From Candidatus Latescibacterota bacterium (GTDB lineage: Bacteria > Latescibacterota > UBA2968 > UBA8231): DNA of 64,000 nucleotides. The translations under genes were made by a program, and so were the position numbers. Location: the NCBI GenBank assembly GCA_965261395.1, contig OZ253462.1, positions 5,728,001 through 5,792,000 of the forward strand. Reading direction: 5' to 3'. Shown here in pieces: positions 48,562-59,500 of the stretch (position 1 is the first letter of the stretch; every line of letters starts with the position of its first letter). The notes under the pieces were generated by a model that was not told the origin of the DNA, did no database searches, and saw nothing but the letters and a program-made list of their open reading frames with translations.

Positions 48562-49515
48562 ATGGAGAATATACCTGTCGGATTAATTGGCTGTGGGGGC
48601 CGCGGTCGAGGCCACGTACGCGCCCTGCACTCGCTGGCAGACGTCGAATTGGTCGCCATCTGCGATCCCGTTGCGGCAAATCGCGAACAGGTGGGCGACG
48701 AGTGGGGCATTGAGCGCCGCTACGCAACCATAGAGGCTATGCTCGACGCCGAGGAATTGGCCGCCGCGATCGTTGCTACCCCGGCTCATCTCAACGCCGA
48801 GGCGGCCCTGCCGTGCTTGGAGCGGGGCATCGACACCCTGCTGGAGAAGCCTCCGGGCATGAGCCTGGACCAGACTCGTGCGCTCAAAGCGGCCGCCGAG
48901 GCCAGCGGTGCTCGTGGCATGGTCGGCTGGAATCGCCGCTTCGATCCGCTGGTGCGGCAAGTGCACAAGGAGATCGCGGCTCGCGGCCCGATCTACCAGC
49001 TAGTCGGCGAGTTCCACAAGAGCATGAGCCGTTTTGTCGCCGCCGGTCGCTTTCCCGCAATCGTCATGGACAACATGCTGCTCGAAAGCCCGATCCACGC
49101 GATTGATCTGGTGCGTCACTTGGGGGGATCCCCGGTTGCCGAAGTCCACAGCTTCGTCCGGCGCGCATCCGCCTACAAGGATGTCCACGCCGCTTTGGTC
49201 GTCTTTGAGAATGGTTGCGTCGCCCAGATCTGCGCGAATTACACCACTGACGCCCGCTTAGAGCGCTACGAGATCCACGGCCGCGACATTTCGGCCTACT
49301 TAGAGGGGATTTCCACCTGCGAGTTGGTGTGCGACGGGGAGCGCAAGCAGTTGCAAAAGGCCGGCCCGGACAGCACCCTAGCCCAAGCCGCCCACTTCTT
49401 TGACTGCATCAAGGCCGATCGTCCCATTGGCCCGCCGGCTGCGGACTTGGACGAGGCCATCGCTACCATGGAGCTTGCCACGGCGATTTTGGCGGGGCTG
49501 CGAGACGACGCTTGA
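48562..49515 (+). CDS. Gfo/Idh/MocA-family oxidoreductase
   Basis: GLIGCGGRG, LEKPP, GWNRRF, IHAID. Confidence 0.9.
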   Translation: MENIPVGLIGCGGRGRGHVRALHSLADVELVAICDPVAANREQVGDEWGIERRYATIEAMLDAEELAAAIVATPAHLNAEAALPCLERGIDTLLEKPPGMSLDQTRALKAAAEASGARGMVGWNRRFDPLVRQVHKEIAARGPIYQLVGEFHKSMSRFVAAGRFPAIVMDNMLLESPIHAIDLVRHLGGSPVAEVHSFVRRASAYKDVHAALVVFENGCVAQICANYTTDARLERYEIHGRDISAYLEGISTCELVCDGERKQLQKAGPDSTLAQAAHFFDCIKADRPIGPPAADLDEAIATMELATAILAGLRDDA

Positions 49516-50200
49516 TCGTCCCCCAAGACACCTCTGCCACGACCGTCGCTAACCGCACGGCTTCGATGGTGAAATTACAGGCGATGTCGTAGAAGAGCTG
49601 GTCTTCCTCGACGCGCACATTAGTCCACACCGCCGGCAACCCGACGACTCCGGCGACGTCGGCTGTGGTCGGCCAGTGGACCACGCCCGACCCCGCCCGC
49701 GACCACACCCCGCTGTGCCCGACGCCGCCCAATTCTAGCTCGTAGGTTCCATCCGCCCGGAAGACCACGTGCCCGGCCAGCGTCCCATCGGCAAAGTTGA
49801 CGATTCCCCATCGACCCAACAGTTCGTCGCCTAGGTCCTGCGCTCGCGCCAAGGCGATTGCGGGTTCGGCTCCCCAATGCAGGGTGTCGCCCTCTAGCTG
49901 GAAGGACACGGTCTCACTTTGTTCTGTTAGCACCCCGCCGACGGCTGCGGTGTAGTGCAGGGTCACAACGCCGCTGTCGGCCTCGTACTGGCCTTGGTCT
50001 TCTGCCACCGGCCGCTCGGGATCATCCCGGAGTGCGACGCGGCGGAAGCTCCCATCGCCATTGAACTCGATATAGAAATGCTCTACGAAGGTGCCGAACT
50101 CGCTCCGGCAGCCCTCCCAGGCCCCTACCAGATTCGCCTGTGCCTCAGCGCTGCCGAACAGCAGGGCAATCGAGAAGATGCTTGTGCGTACCATAATCAT
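49463..50200 (-). CDS. Secreted protein with two lipocalin-like repeats and a C-terminal SWGTIK motif
   Basis: Signal peptide AEAQA; LVGAW..FNGDGSF and LLGRW..FRADGTY repeats; ATVVAEVSWGTIK. Confidence 0.7.
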   Translation of the reverse strand: MIMVRTSIFSIALLFGSAEAQANLVGAWEGCRSEFGTFVEHFYIEFNGDGSFRRVALRDDPERPVAEDQGQYEADSGVVTLHYTAAVGGVLTEQSETVSFQLEGDTLHWGAEPAIALARAQDLGDELLGRWGIVNFADGTLAGHVVFRADGTYELELGGVGHSGVWSRAGSGVVHWPTTADVAGVVGLPAVWTNVRVEEDQLFYDIACNFTIEAVRLATVVAEVSWGTIKRRLAAPPKSPWQAPW

Positions 50201-51582
50201 CAGACGATCTCCACGCCCCAGAAGCCCAACATGGGCAAGAATCGCTCCATATCCGCTGGCACGGTCGCCGGGGCCTTGCCGTAGCCGCCGTGGACTTTGG
50301 CCGCTCCTTGCAAGGGACGCTCCAAGACCAGCTCGACGCGGTGGTCCTGGGGATAGACTACCGCTGCGACTGGCACCTCGCCGGCCGCATCCTCAACCCG
50401 GAAGCTGTTGGCCTCTAAGTCGATGGCGTCCATCCGGCTCTCGACGGCAGCAAACTCCAATTCGACGCGGTCTCCCCGCTGCCGGGCCGCCGCCAGATCC
50501 GGTGCCTGCCAAGCTACCGCTTGGCCATAGACCAGCCCCAAAGCCGCCTGCGCCAACCGCTCCCCCAAGAGCATGTTGCCGGCGGGACTGATGTGGATCA
50601 GATCCGAAAGCGGCAGGTCGAGCGCCGGCACCACGCCTATGCCCGGCGTCTGTTGCGCCACCTGCCGCTGCGCCTCGCGCACTTGGCTCCAGCGCCGATC
50701 AACATCCGGGTCGGCGGGTTGGTACACGCGGTTTAGCTGCACGGTGAGCACCGGCAACTCCGCGTCTGCAAGGGCCTCTCGCCAGGCGGAGACCGCTTGA
50801 TGGAACCGCTGCGCATAACTGGTCGCGTCCGCGTCAGTCCCCGTATCGCTTTCCCCTTGGTACCACACAATCCCCCGGACCTTTCCTCCTACCTTTTCCA
50901 CGCACTGCACCATATTGTCGAACAGGTCCGCCGCCCCAGGCTCGCCGGGATTCCACCGAGTGAGCGGGGAGCCTCCCAATGATGTCTGTACCAAACCCAC
51001 CGGGCGCGAGAGCGTCCTTTTGAGCGTGCGCCCAAATTGCAGGTAGGGCGAGTGTCCTGGATTGGCGGTCTCTCGGTTCACCGCGTGTTGGGTATCCGTC
51101 GATTCATTCATCGGATGCGTCGCCAGTGCCCAGTGCTCGCTATTTCTGAACAGATGCACGCCCAACTCCACGGGGTCTTCGTAAGGCCCGCGCCCGTAGC
51201 CCGCCGAATTGCTCTGCCCGGCAATCACCCACAAATCGCCTACTCCCCAAAAGTGCCGCATATCTCCCCTCGGCGACCACTCCCCAGCCGGATTCTCCGC
51301 CGTCCGCAATCGCGTCTCTAGCCGGTAAAGCCCTCCCGCAGGGATGTGTTCCAAAACAGCTTTCCAAGCACCATCTTCCGCTGTTTGAACCGCCTGCCAG
51401 TCCAAACCGGCCGCAACAGCCACCCCTGTATCCTCCCATACCAAGCGCACCTCCACTTGGCCGGGGGTCTCAAACCTCCACCGGCCCCCCAACTCAATCC
51501 GTCCCTCCCCACGCTCGTCCTGCTGTATGATCTGCCAGTCCTCTGGCCCCTGTTCAATGATTGCACCGATTTGCTCTTCCAT
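50200..51582 (-). CDS. Sialate O-acetylesterase (SASA/SGNH) family protein
   Basis: GDLWVIAGQSN, WYQGESD, DLIH, GERLA; start 51582 or 51621. Confidence 0.88.
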   Translation of the reverse strand: MEEQIGAIIEQGPEDWQIIQQDERGEGRIELGGRWRFETPGQVEVRLVWEDTGVAVAAGLDWQAVQTAEDGAWKAVLEHIPAGGLYRLETRLRTAENPAGEWSPRGDMRHFWGVGDLWVIAGQSNSAGYGRGPYEDPVELGVHLFRNSEHWALATHPMNESTDTQHAVNRETANPGHSPYLQFGRTLKRTLSRPVGLVQTSLGGSPLTRWNPGEPGAADLFDNMVQCVEKVGGKVRGIVWYQGESDTGTDADATSYAQRFHQAVSAWREALADAELPVLTVQLNRVYQPADPDVDRRWSQVREAQRQVAQQTPGIGVVPALDLPLSDLIHISPAGNMLLGERLAQAALGLVYGQAVAWQAPDLAAARQRGDRVELEFAAVESRMDAIDLEANSFRVEDAAGEVPVAAVVYPQDHRVELVLERPLQGAAKVHGGYGKAPATVPADMERFLPMLGFWGVEIV

Positions 51583-51706
51583 TCGATCTCTTTCTGCTAG
51601 GTAGCGTTTACTCGTCAGCACCTAATCTGCCAAACGCTCCGCTTGCCATGCAAGTTTTTTCCAATTCCCCTGGCCCTTTGTTGGTTGCCGACGACCGACC
51701 ACGCCT

Positions 51707-52156
51707 CTACTCCTCGGGCCGTCTGATGCGCGCTACGAGCCTCATCAGGGCGAGCCGCCCAAAGTCACGCGGGTCGTCGGTGCGAATTAGAAAATCTCCC
51801 TCCACGCGTTGCTCTTCTCCGGCACTGAGGACTACCGGCTGCCCAAGCGGTATGTACGCGTCGATTAGAAATTCCTCTTGGTCAAAAAACCGCAAGTCGT
51901 AGCGCACCCACACGGTGTCTGCGCCGACATTGCGAAACACGGCCACAAAGACTCCCTCGACTTCTGCTGTTCCCCCGAATCCCGGCTGCGGCAAAAACGG
52001 CCACCAAGTCAAGCTGTCGATCGACACGCTGCCCTCCAGCCCCTCGTCCTCGACAAACTCCACCTCGCTGCGCAGCGCGTCCACCACGCCGCTCGGCACG
52101 TCCTCTGAAGCAAAACACCCGCCCAGCAACAGCACCAGTGCGATCCCCATGCTCAT
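51707..52156 (-). CDS. Hypothetical lipoprotein
   Basis: Lipobox LGGC; beta-rich mature region. Confidence 0.65.
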   Translation of the reverse strand: MSMGIALVLLLGGCFASEDVPSGVVDALRSEVEFVEDEGLEGSVSIDSLTWWPFLPQPGFGGTAEVEGVFVAVFRNVGADTVWVRYDLRFFDQEEFLIDAYIPLGQPVVLSAGEEQRVEGDFLIRTDDPRDFGRLALMRLVARIRRPEE

Positions 52157-52214
52157 GGCTTGGTCCCAACTCTCGGTTTGCGTCTGTATTTCTTCGTGGT
52201 GTTCTTTAAATGCT

Positions 52215-54311
52215 ATGAAAAAAAACCAGTTAATCCAGTGCCTAGCGCTAATTCTGATCGCCGCAGTTGCCCGCGCCGACGATCCTGAGCCCCGCTACCA
52301 AATGCCCCCGACCGAAGTCACGGCGACGCGTGCGCCCCGCGAGGGATTTGATCTGCCGCTTGCCACGACCGTGGTCGCGGATGTCGGGCGCGCGCGGCCC
52401 GGGCTCTCGCTGGCCGAGTTGCTGCGTCCGGTGCCCGGGCTGTTCATCGCCAACCGTAACAACCTCTCCCAAGGCGACCGGCTTAGCGTGCGCGGCTTAG
52501 GCGCGCGCGCGGCCTTTGGCGTCCGCGGGATCAAGGTCTTGCTCGACGGCATCCCCCTGACCATGCCCGACGGCCAGAGCCAGCTCAACAACCTCGACTT
52601 GGGGTCAACGGGCCGCATCGAGATCTTGCGCGGCCCCAGTTCTTCGCTGTACGGCAATGCGGGCGGCGGCGTGCTGGCGGCCCATACCCAAGCTCCGGCA
52701 GAGGCTGCTTGGCGCGTGGAGCCGCGCTTGATCGCTGGCAGCAATGGTCTGCTCCGCGCGCAGACGAGCTTTTCGGGTCGCGTCGCTAAAACCCACGTGT
52801 TCGCCAGCTTGTACGACCTGCGCAGCGAGGGCTACCGCGACTACGCCGACGCCCGCGCCCGCGGCCTCAACGCGCGCGTCGGCCACGCCCTCACTACCCA
52901 TACTGAGTTGACGCTCCTGCTGCATTTATACGATGCCCCTTATTTGTTCAATCCGAGTTCGCTTGCTGCGGAACCCGCGCGGACCAGCCCGCGTAGCGTC
53001 CGCGGATTCGTGGTGGGGCAGGGGGCATCCAAGCAGGTTCACCAGGGCCAAGGCGGCATCCGCCTCGAATATCGCCCGCCGCATGCGCCGCACCACCGCG
53101 CGTCGAGTCTCGTGCTGTACGGCGTTGGCCGCGCGCTCAAAAACCCCATCCCAGGCCGCATCGTCGAGCTCGACCGCCGCGCCGGCGGCCTGCGCACTGA
53201 GCATCAATTTGCTTGGGCCAGTACGCGCCTTGTGACCGGCCTCGACTTGGACTTCCAGCGCGACGACCGCCGCGAGTTCATCAACGAGGGCTTGCCCGAG
53301 GACGTGCGCGTGGACGACGAGCGCGTATTCGAACTCGTGCAATACGGTGAGGAGCAAATAAATCAAGAGGAACAAGTGCAGAGCTTCGGCCCCTTTGTCT
53401 CCTTGGAACAAGACTTGGGTACTGCGCTGACTGCGACTGTGGGCGGCCGCTATGACCGCTATCGATTTGCCGTGGATGACCACGCGCGCGACATGGGCCA
53501 GTTCAGTCCGATGGCGGGCGTGGTGTACCGCCTCGACCCCTTCTCCCGCTGGTACGCCCATGTGGCCACGGCCTTCCAGACGCCCACCACCTCTGAGTTG
53601 GGCAACCGGCCCAGCGGCGAGGGCGGCTTTAATCCGGATTTAGGCCCTGAGCGCGTCCTTGGGTTGGAGACGGGCTTGCGCCGCCACGTGCGCCGGGCGC
53701 GCGTGGATCTGGAGGTGGCTCTGTACCAGCTACAGATCGCCGATGCGCTGATTCCCTTTCAGATCGAGAGTGAAGACAGCGAGGAGATTTACTTCCGCAA
53801 CGCCGGCCAAGCGCGCAATCGAGGGTTGGAGCTCTCGCTCTCGGCAGTGCCGCATCCCGGACTACGGACTACTCTCGCGTACACTTTTGGCGATTATGTT
53901 TTTGAGGACTACGAGGTTGAGACCGCCGGTGAACTTGTTCAGCTTGCTGGCAACGAGGTTCCCGGCGTGCCGCGCCACCGGCTCTTCGCCGCGCTGAGCT
54001 ACGACAGTCCGCAGGGCCTGTTTAGCGAGGTCGAATTAGAGCGGGTCGGCCGCTACTGGGCCAACGATTTCAACGGCCCTCCGTCCGGAAGCGACGCCTC
54101 GCCCGACGAGTTTTTCAACCGCGAGTACCTGCGGGTCGATCTGCGCTTGGGGATTGACTATCGCGCTGCGAGGGCCTTTGTCGCGGTCGATAACTTGTTT
54201 GGTGCCCAGTACAACGGCTCGGTGGTGCCCAACGCCTTTGGAGGGCGCTTCTTTGAACCCGCTCCGGGCCGCACTTGGCGCTTGGGGATTGGGGGCTGGA
54301 TTGGGGGTTGA
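52215..54311 (+). CDS. TonB-dependent receptor (YncD-like)
   Basis: EVTATR TonB box, RGLGARAAFGVRGI, RIEILRGPSSSLYGNA.GGV, AFQTPT, DNLF...FEPAPGR. Confidence 0.92.
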   Translation: MKKNQLIQCLALILIAAVARADDPEPRYQMPPTEVTATRAPREGFDLPLATTVVADVGRARPGLSLAELLRPVPGLFIANRNNLSQGDRLSVRGLGARAAFGVRGIKVLLDGIPLTMPDGQSQLNNLDLGSTGRIEILRGPSSSLYGNAGGGVLAAHTQAPAEAAWRVEPRLIAGSNGLLRAQTSFSGRVAKTHVFASLYDLRSEGYRDYADARARGLNARVGHALTTHTELTLLLHLYDAPYLFNPSSLAAEPARTSPRSVRGFVVGQGASKQVHQGQGGIRLEYRPPHAPHHRASSLVLYGVGRALKNPIPGRIVELDRRAGGLRTEHQFAWASTRLVTGLDLDFQRDDRREFINEGLPEDVRVDDERVFELVQYGEEQINQEEQVQSFGPFVSLEQDLGTALTATVGGRYDRYRFAVDDHARDMGQFSPMAGVVYRLDPFSRWYAHVATAFQTPTTSELGNRPSGEGGFNPDLGPERVLGLETGLRRHVRRARVDLEVALYQLQIADALIPFQIESEDSEEIYFRNAGQARNRGLELSLSAVPHPGLRTTLAYTFGDYVFEDYEVETAGELVQLAGNEVPGVPRHRLFAALSYDSPQGLFSEVELERVGRYWANDFNGPPSGSDASPDEFFNREYLRVDLRLGIDYRAARAFVAVDNLFGAQYNGSVVPNAFGGRFFEPAPGRTWRLGIGGWIGG

Positions 54312-54425
54312 GTCGCGGTCTGCGGATTGACTCAGACAAGGTAAATAGCTTGATTTTAGAATACTCCGGGAACAAAATTTGGCCGTATGTGTCAGTTCAA
54401 TCCGTTGACCTAAGTAGGTGGCATC

Positions 54426-55583
54426 GTGATCGAGGTGTACCTCGACTACAACGGCTCCTCCCCGCTCGATCCCCGCGTGAGCAAGGCCATGTGGCCTGCT
54501 CTCGCCGAGTGGTACGGCAATGCCTCCTCTACGCATCGGTTCGGTCGGCGGCAAGCTGCTGCGGTTGAAGATGCTCGCGCGCACGTCGCGTCACTAGTCG
54601 GGGGTAGGCCATCGCATGTCGTTTTCACGGCCGGGGCTACCGAAGCCAACAACCTCGCCCTCAGCGGAATTGTTGCTAGCCGGCCAGCGGATCGGGGACG
54701 AATTCTTGTGTCCTCGGTGGAACACGCCTCGGTACGGGAGACGGCTCGGTGGTTGAGTGATCAATTGCTCGCCGAGGTAGATGCGATCCCCGTGACCTGC
54801 GGTGGGGCCATTGACCTCGACGCGCTTGAGGCTCTGCTCGGCGACGATGTCCTGCTCGTGTCGGTTATGGCCGCTAATAGCGAAACCGGCGTGCTGAATC
54901 CGGTGGCGGAGATCGCCGAGCGCGTTCATGCCGCCGGTGCCTTGTTCCACTGTGACGCGACCCAATACGCGGGCCGACTCCCCTTCGATCTCTCCGACAT
55001 AGGTGCTGATTTGGTGTCACTTAGCAGCCACAAAATCTGTGGTCCCGGCGGTGTCGGTGCCCTCGTCACCGTGAAATCCAGCGGGCGGCTGCGCCCCATC
55101 ATCCACGGCGGCGGCCACGAAAGAGGCCTGCGTTCCGGGTCGTTGAACGTAGCCGGTATCGTTGGATTCGGAGCCGCCGCTGAGATTGCCGTCGAGGAAC
55201 GGATGCAGGAGACGGATCGGATACGCCCCCTCCGCGACCGCCTTGTCGCTGAGTTGAAGGGCCGCCTGACCGGGGTCGATGAGAATGGGGACATTGACTG
55301 CCGCCTCCCCAACACGGCAAATATCCGCTTCGCTGGTGCCGATGCCGAGGCAGTAGTCGCCAGCATGGACCCGGTGGCAGTCTCGACCGGCAGCGCGTGT
55401 AGTGCCGGTGCGATTGAACCCTCAGCGGTACTGCTGGCGATGGGGCTGTCGCGGGAAGCAGCCTTTGAATCTGTGCGGTTTAGCTTGGGTCGGTTTACCA
55501 CGGCGGAGGAAATCGAGATCGCAGCTCAGAAAACTGTCGCTGCGGTCGAGTACGTGCGGGCTATGAACGGAGGAGAGGTGTAA
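54426..55583 (+). CDS. sspA: Cysteine desulfurase, SspA/DndA-type sulfur donor for DNA phosphorothioation
   Basis: YLDYN, GATEANN, SSHK (PLP Lys), GGGHERGLRSGS, STGSACS; TAATG overlap with the next gene. Confidence 0.85.
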   Translation: MIEVYLDYNGSSPLDPRVSKAMWPALAEWYGNASSTHRFGRRQAAAVEDARAHVASLVGGRPSHVVFTAGATEANNLALSGIVASRPADRGRILVSSVEHASVRETARWLSDQLLAEVDAIPVTCGGAIDLDALEALLGDDVLLVSVMAANSETGVLNPVAEIAERVHAAGALFHCDATQYAGRLPFDLSDIGADLVSLSSHKICGPGGVGALVTVKSSGRLRPIIHGGGHERGLRSGSLNVAGIVGFGAAAEIAVEERMQETDRIRPLRDRLVAELKGRLTGVDENGDIDCRLPNTANIRFAGADAEAVVASMDPVAVSTGSACSAGAIEPSAVLLAMGLSREAAFESVRFSLGRFTTAEEIEIAAQKTVAAVEYVRAMNGGEV

Positions 55584-56584
55584 TGCGATTGGTCGAGGCG
55601 GCCAAGCCGACTTTCGCTCGGCACGAGACGTTCCATCCCCGCTATGGCTGGTTTCGCAAGGCGTACGCCGTGACGAAGCGCGACTCTCAGATATTTACCC
55701 GTGTAGATGCCCCGGTCTTGATTGGGGTCGGTAAGAACATGGTCCGGTCCATTCGGTTTTGGGGCCTCGCCGCCAAGCTGATCGCCGAGGATCAGCAAGG
55801 ACCGGGGTTGACTCCGACGGAGTTTGGCCACGCGCTGTTTGGTGAGTCGGGCTGGGATCCATATATGGAGGATCCGGGTACGCTCTGGTTGCTGCATTGG
55901 CAGTTATTGGCACCGCCGTCACTTCTACCTGTGTGGTGGATCATATTCAATGAGTTCCACCCGGTCGAGTTCACTGACGAAGTGCTTGACCACGCCGTCG
56001 CTGTGGGGCTGGAATCGGTAGGGGAGTGGGCGAAGCAGCCTCATCCTTCATCCGTAAAGAAGGACGTCAGTGCTCTGTTGCGGACCTATGCACCAGCCGA
56101 GCGCTCAAAACGCTCGGGAAACAGCATTGACGACCTCCTCGATTGCCCCCTGCGCGAACTGGGCTTGATCAGACGATCCCAAGCCACCGGCAGTTACCGA
56201 TTCGTCCTCGGAGCGAAACCAACGCTGCCGCCGGAGATTGTGACCTATGCCGTGCTCGATTACCTCGCTCGCACTGACACCGGAGGGAACACGGCCACCC
56301 TCAGCCGCCTAGCGCACGAGCCTGGGGCACCGGGCCATGCTTTCAAGCTGGCGGAAGCGGATCTGTTCGCCGCGCTTCAACAGACGGCGACGACCACGAA
56401 TGCGCTGGAACTTGCCTCGCCGACCGGCGCGCCTCAACTATCTTGGTCCAGCGACCCAGCGGCTGTGGCTAATGAGGTGCTTTCGTCCTACTACGACATT
56501 ACCCCAGATACCGAAGACAGCGAAGGCAAGCAACTTGAGTTGTTTGACCTAGAGGAGAATGCCGCCACCGTGGGGCCAAGCTGA
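55583..56584 (+). CDS. sspB: DUF4007 protein, SspB-like nickase
   Basis: FARHETFHPRYGWFRKAY, GVGKNMVRSIRFW, DPYMEDPGTLWLLHW, CPLRELGLI. Confidence 0.85.
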   Translation: MRLVEAAKPTFARHETFHPRYGWFRKAYAVTKRDSQIFTRVDAPVLIGVGKNMVRSIRFWGLAAKLIAEDQQGPGLTPTEFGHALFGESGWDPYMEDPGTLWLLHWQLLAPPSLLPVWWIIFNEFHPVEFTDEVLDHAVAVGLESVGEWAKQPHPSSVKKDVSALLRTYAPAERSKRSGNSIDDLLDCPLRELGLIRRSQATGSYRFVLGAKPTLPPEIVTYAVLDYLARTDTGGNTATLSRLAHEPGAPGHAFKLAEADLFAALQQTATTTNALELASPTGAPQLSWSSDPAAVANEVLSSYYDITPDTEDSEGKQLELFDLEENAATVGPS

Positions 56585-59500
56585 TGGTAGCACTAGCAGA
56601 CTATATTGCCGTTGTCGGGCGATTTGCTCGCTCGGCCAGCCTAGAGCGCGACATCGCCCGGCGCGAGCCACTCGATGGGTATGTGGTCACCGCCCGAGCG
56701 CTCGATGTGGTGGAGCGCATCGCCGCCACGGCTGCAAACGGCGCTGCGGGTGGAGCGTGGTCGTTGACCGGCCCTTACGGTTCGGGCAAATCATCGCTCG
56801 CTCTGCTTCTCGACGCCGCATTCGGCGAGCGCGATGCCACGCGAGCCGCTGCGACCGAACTCATTGAAGCGACCTCGCCGGCCGTAGCCGACCTCCTCGT
56901 TCGCGCACATCAAGCTCGTGGAACCGATGAGCGGGGGTTCCACCGCGCCGTAGTCACCGCGAGCCGCGAGCCGCTGCACTACACTCTCCTGCGAGCGCTT
57001 CAGTCCGCCGTCATCCGGGCCTATGGAACCATCCCCTCGACGCGCACATTCCGAGCGGCTAAAACGCTCAAGACTGCACTCTCCGACGCCGAATCCGATG
57101 ATCCGCGTCGAATCGGCCCCTCACCGGCGGACTTGCTCGAAGTGGCCCGCTGCTTGGCCGAAGACGCCCCGTTGCTCCTCATCATCGACGAATTCGGCAA
57201 AAACCTCGAAGCGATCAGCGATGGCTCGGATGCCGACCCCTATCTCCTGCAACAACTCGCCGAAGCCGGACAGGGAGCCGGTCTCCCGATCTTCGCGCTA
57301 ACGCTACAACACCTGTCCTTCGAGGATTACCTCGTCGGTATTGATGGCCCGCGACGGCGGGAATGGGCAAAAGTCCAGGGCCGGTTTGAAGATGTCGCGT
57401 ACATCGAGTCTGCCGCTCAGACCCGCGCCCTGATCGGAACGGTTTTCGAGATTGACGACGATCTGCAACCCCGCATCAGACGATGGGCCGAGACCCATGC
57501 TAAAGAGATGCGTGCCCTCGGAGTAGCCGACCTCGCCACCGCCGCTACGGTTGAGGCGTGCTATCCGCTGCACCCACTTGCCGCCCTAGTGCTCCCGGAA
57601 CTTTGCAGCCGCTACGGACAGCACGAGCGCACTCTCTTCTCGTTCCTGACCGGCGCTGACTCGGCCACTGCCGCTTCGTTCTTGTCCGCTACCTCCTTGC
57701 CGGATCGGGGCGTGTTGCCATCGCTCGGCTTAGATGCTGTCTATAACTACTTCGTCGCGGGTGGAGCGGGCGTGGTTGGCTACTCGCAGCGGTGGTCGGA
57801 GATCGCCACCCGGCTGCGCGACGCCCATGGCCTGACGGAGAGCCAAACGAAGCTGGCCAAGTCGATCGCCATCCTCAACCTCGTATCCGCTGGCGGAGCC
57901 GCCCGCGCCTCCGCCCAAGTACTCGACATCGCTCTCAACGGCGCAGCAAAAGCCCTAACAAGCCTGCAAGACGCCGGTATCGTCACCTATCGCGATTTTG
58001 CCGACGAGTTCCGAATTTGGCATGGCACGGACGTTGACATTCGCGGGCTTATCAAGGCCGCTCACGCCAAAGTGCAGCGTCAACCGCTAGTGGAAATCCT
58101 CGCTGCAATCCATGAACCCGAACCCGTAGTCGCGGCCCGGCACAGTGCCGAACACGACATCCTGCGCGTGTTTGCCCGCCGCTACGTTGACGGCACCGAG
58201 CCGGTCGCTCCGCTAGACCCGTTCTCGCCCTACGATGGGGAGGTTCTGCTGACGGTCGCGCCGGACGCCATGCCAGCGCTCGCCCAAACTGGCGAAAATG
58301 CAAAACCTGTCGTCACGGCCATCCCGGACGATCTTTCCCTCCTCGACGATGCGGCCCGCGAGGTTGCAGCCGTTGCCGATGTCCTCGACCACGATGGCGT
58401 AAAAGACGACTGGGTTGCGCGGCGCGAAATCGGCGAACGACTCGCCCAAGCTGAGGCCGCGTTGGGCCATGCTATAGAAGCCACGTTCAACGCCAAGGTT
58501 TGCCGCTGGGTCCTGCTTGGTCCGGAAGGGCCAATTAAGCTTCCAGCCGGACGGGGCAGTGCCGCGCTCTCTGCGGCAGCCGACCAAGCTTACTCAGCGA
58601 CGCCGACTGTGGGCAACGAGATGCTCAATCGCACGGTCGTCACCTCGCAGGGGGCCAAGGCTCGGCGCATGTTGCTCGAAGCGATGATCGAATTCGGTGA
58701 TCAGATCGACCTTGGCCTCGAAGGACATGGCCCCGAAGTCGCTATGCACCGTGCGTTTCTCAAAGAGACCGGGATGCACGGTCGTGATCAGCGCAATGAG
58801 GTCATGGTCTTCCGCTCGCCGACTGATAAGAAACTGCGGCCGGCATGGGACCTTCTCGAATCCGAGTTCAACCGCGCCCGCACCCGTCGAATCAATCTTG
58901 CAGACATTTACGCAGCCCTGCTGTCGCCGCCGATTGGGATGAAGGCCGGGGTGATTCCCGTCTTCGTCACGGTTGGGCTGCTAGCGTCCAGCAACGAAGT
59001 CGCAATCTACGAGCACGGCACGTTTAGGCCGCTTCTCACCGATGATCTCTCCGAGCGGATGGTTCGCAACCCCAAGCATTTCGACATCAAGCACTTTGCC
59101 AACACGTCCGGTGCGCGACGCCAAGTCATTGACGCGCTCGCCTCCCGGCTTGAGGTCCGCCCGCGCTTCCGCAAGCACCGCGTCTCCAATGTCCTCGCTG
59201 TCGTCGGCGAACTCGTGTCGCAGGTAAGACAGCTCGACAACTATACGCGGCGCACGCGCAACCTTTCGGACGCCGCTGTCGCCTTCCGCGAGGTCCTCTC
59301 CACCGCTGTGGAACCCGACGAATTGCTCTTTGCCGCGATCCCCGAGGCCCTCGGCTACCATCCCGTCCCGGCCGAGACCAAGACCTACAGCAAGGCGAAC
59401 GAGTATGCGGACGCAGTAGCTGGTGCGCTAGAAGAATTGACCGGCTCCTACCAGCGCCTTGTAGATGAGATGCTCGAAGAATTGTTTTCTGTCAGTGGAG

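Noticed and set aside
48496-54425. Island integrated at tRNA-Arg(ACG) and extending to the ssp locus
   Set aside because: No integrase or duplicated tRNA 3' end in the window, and the intervening genes look host-like.
54426-55583. Housekeeping iscS
   Set aside because: No isc/suf or mnmA neighbours; its stop overlaps the DUF4007 start.
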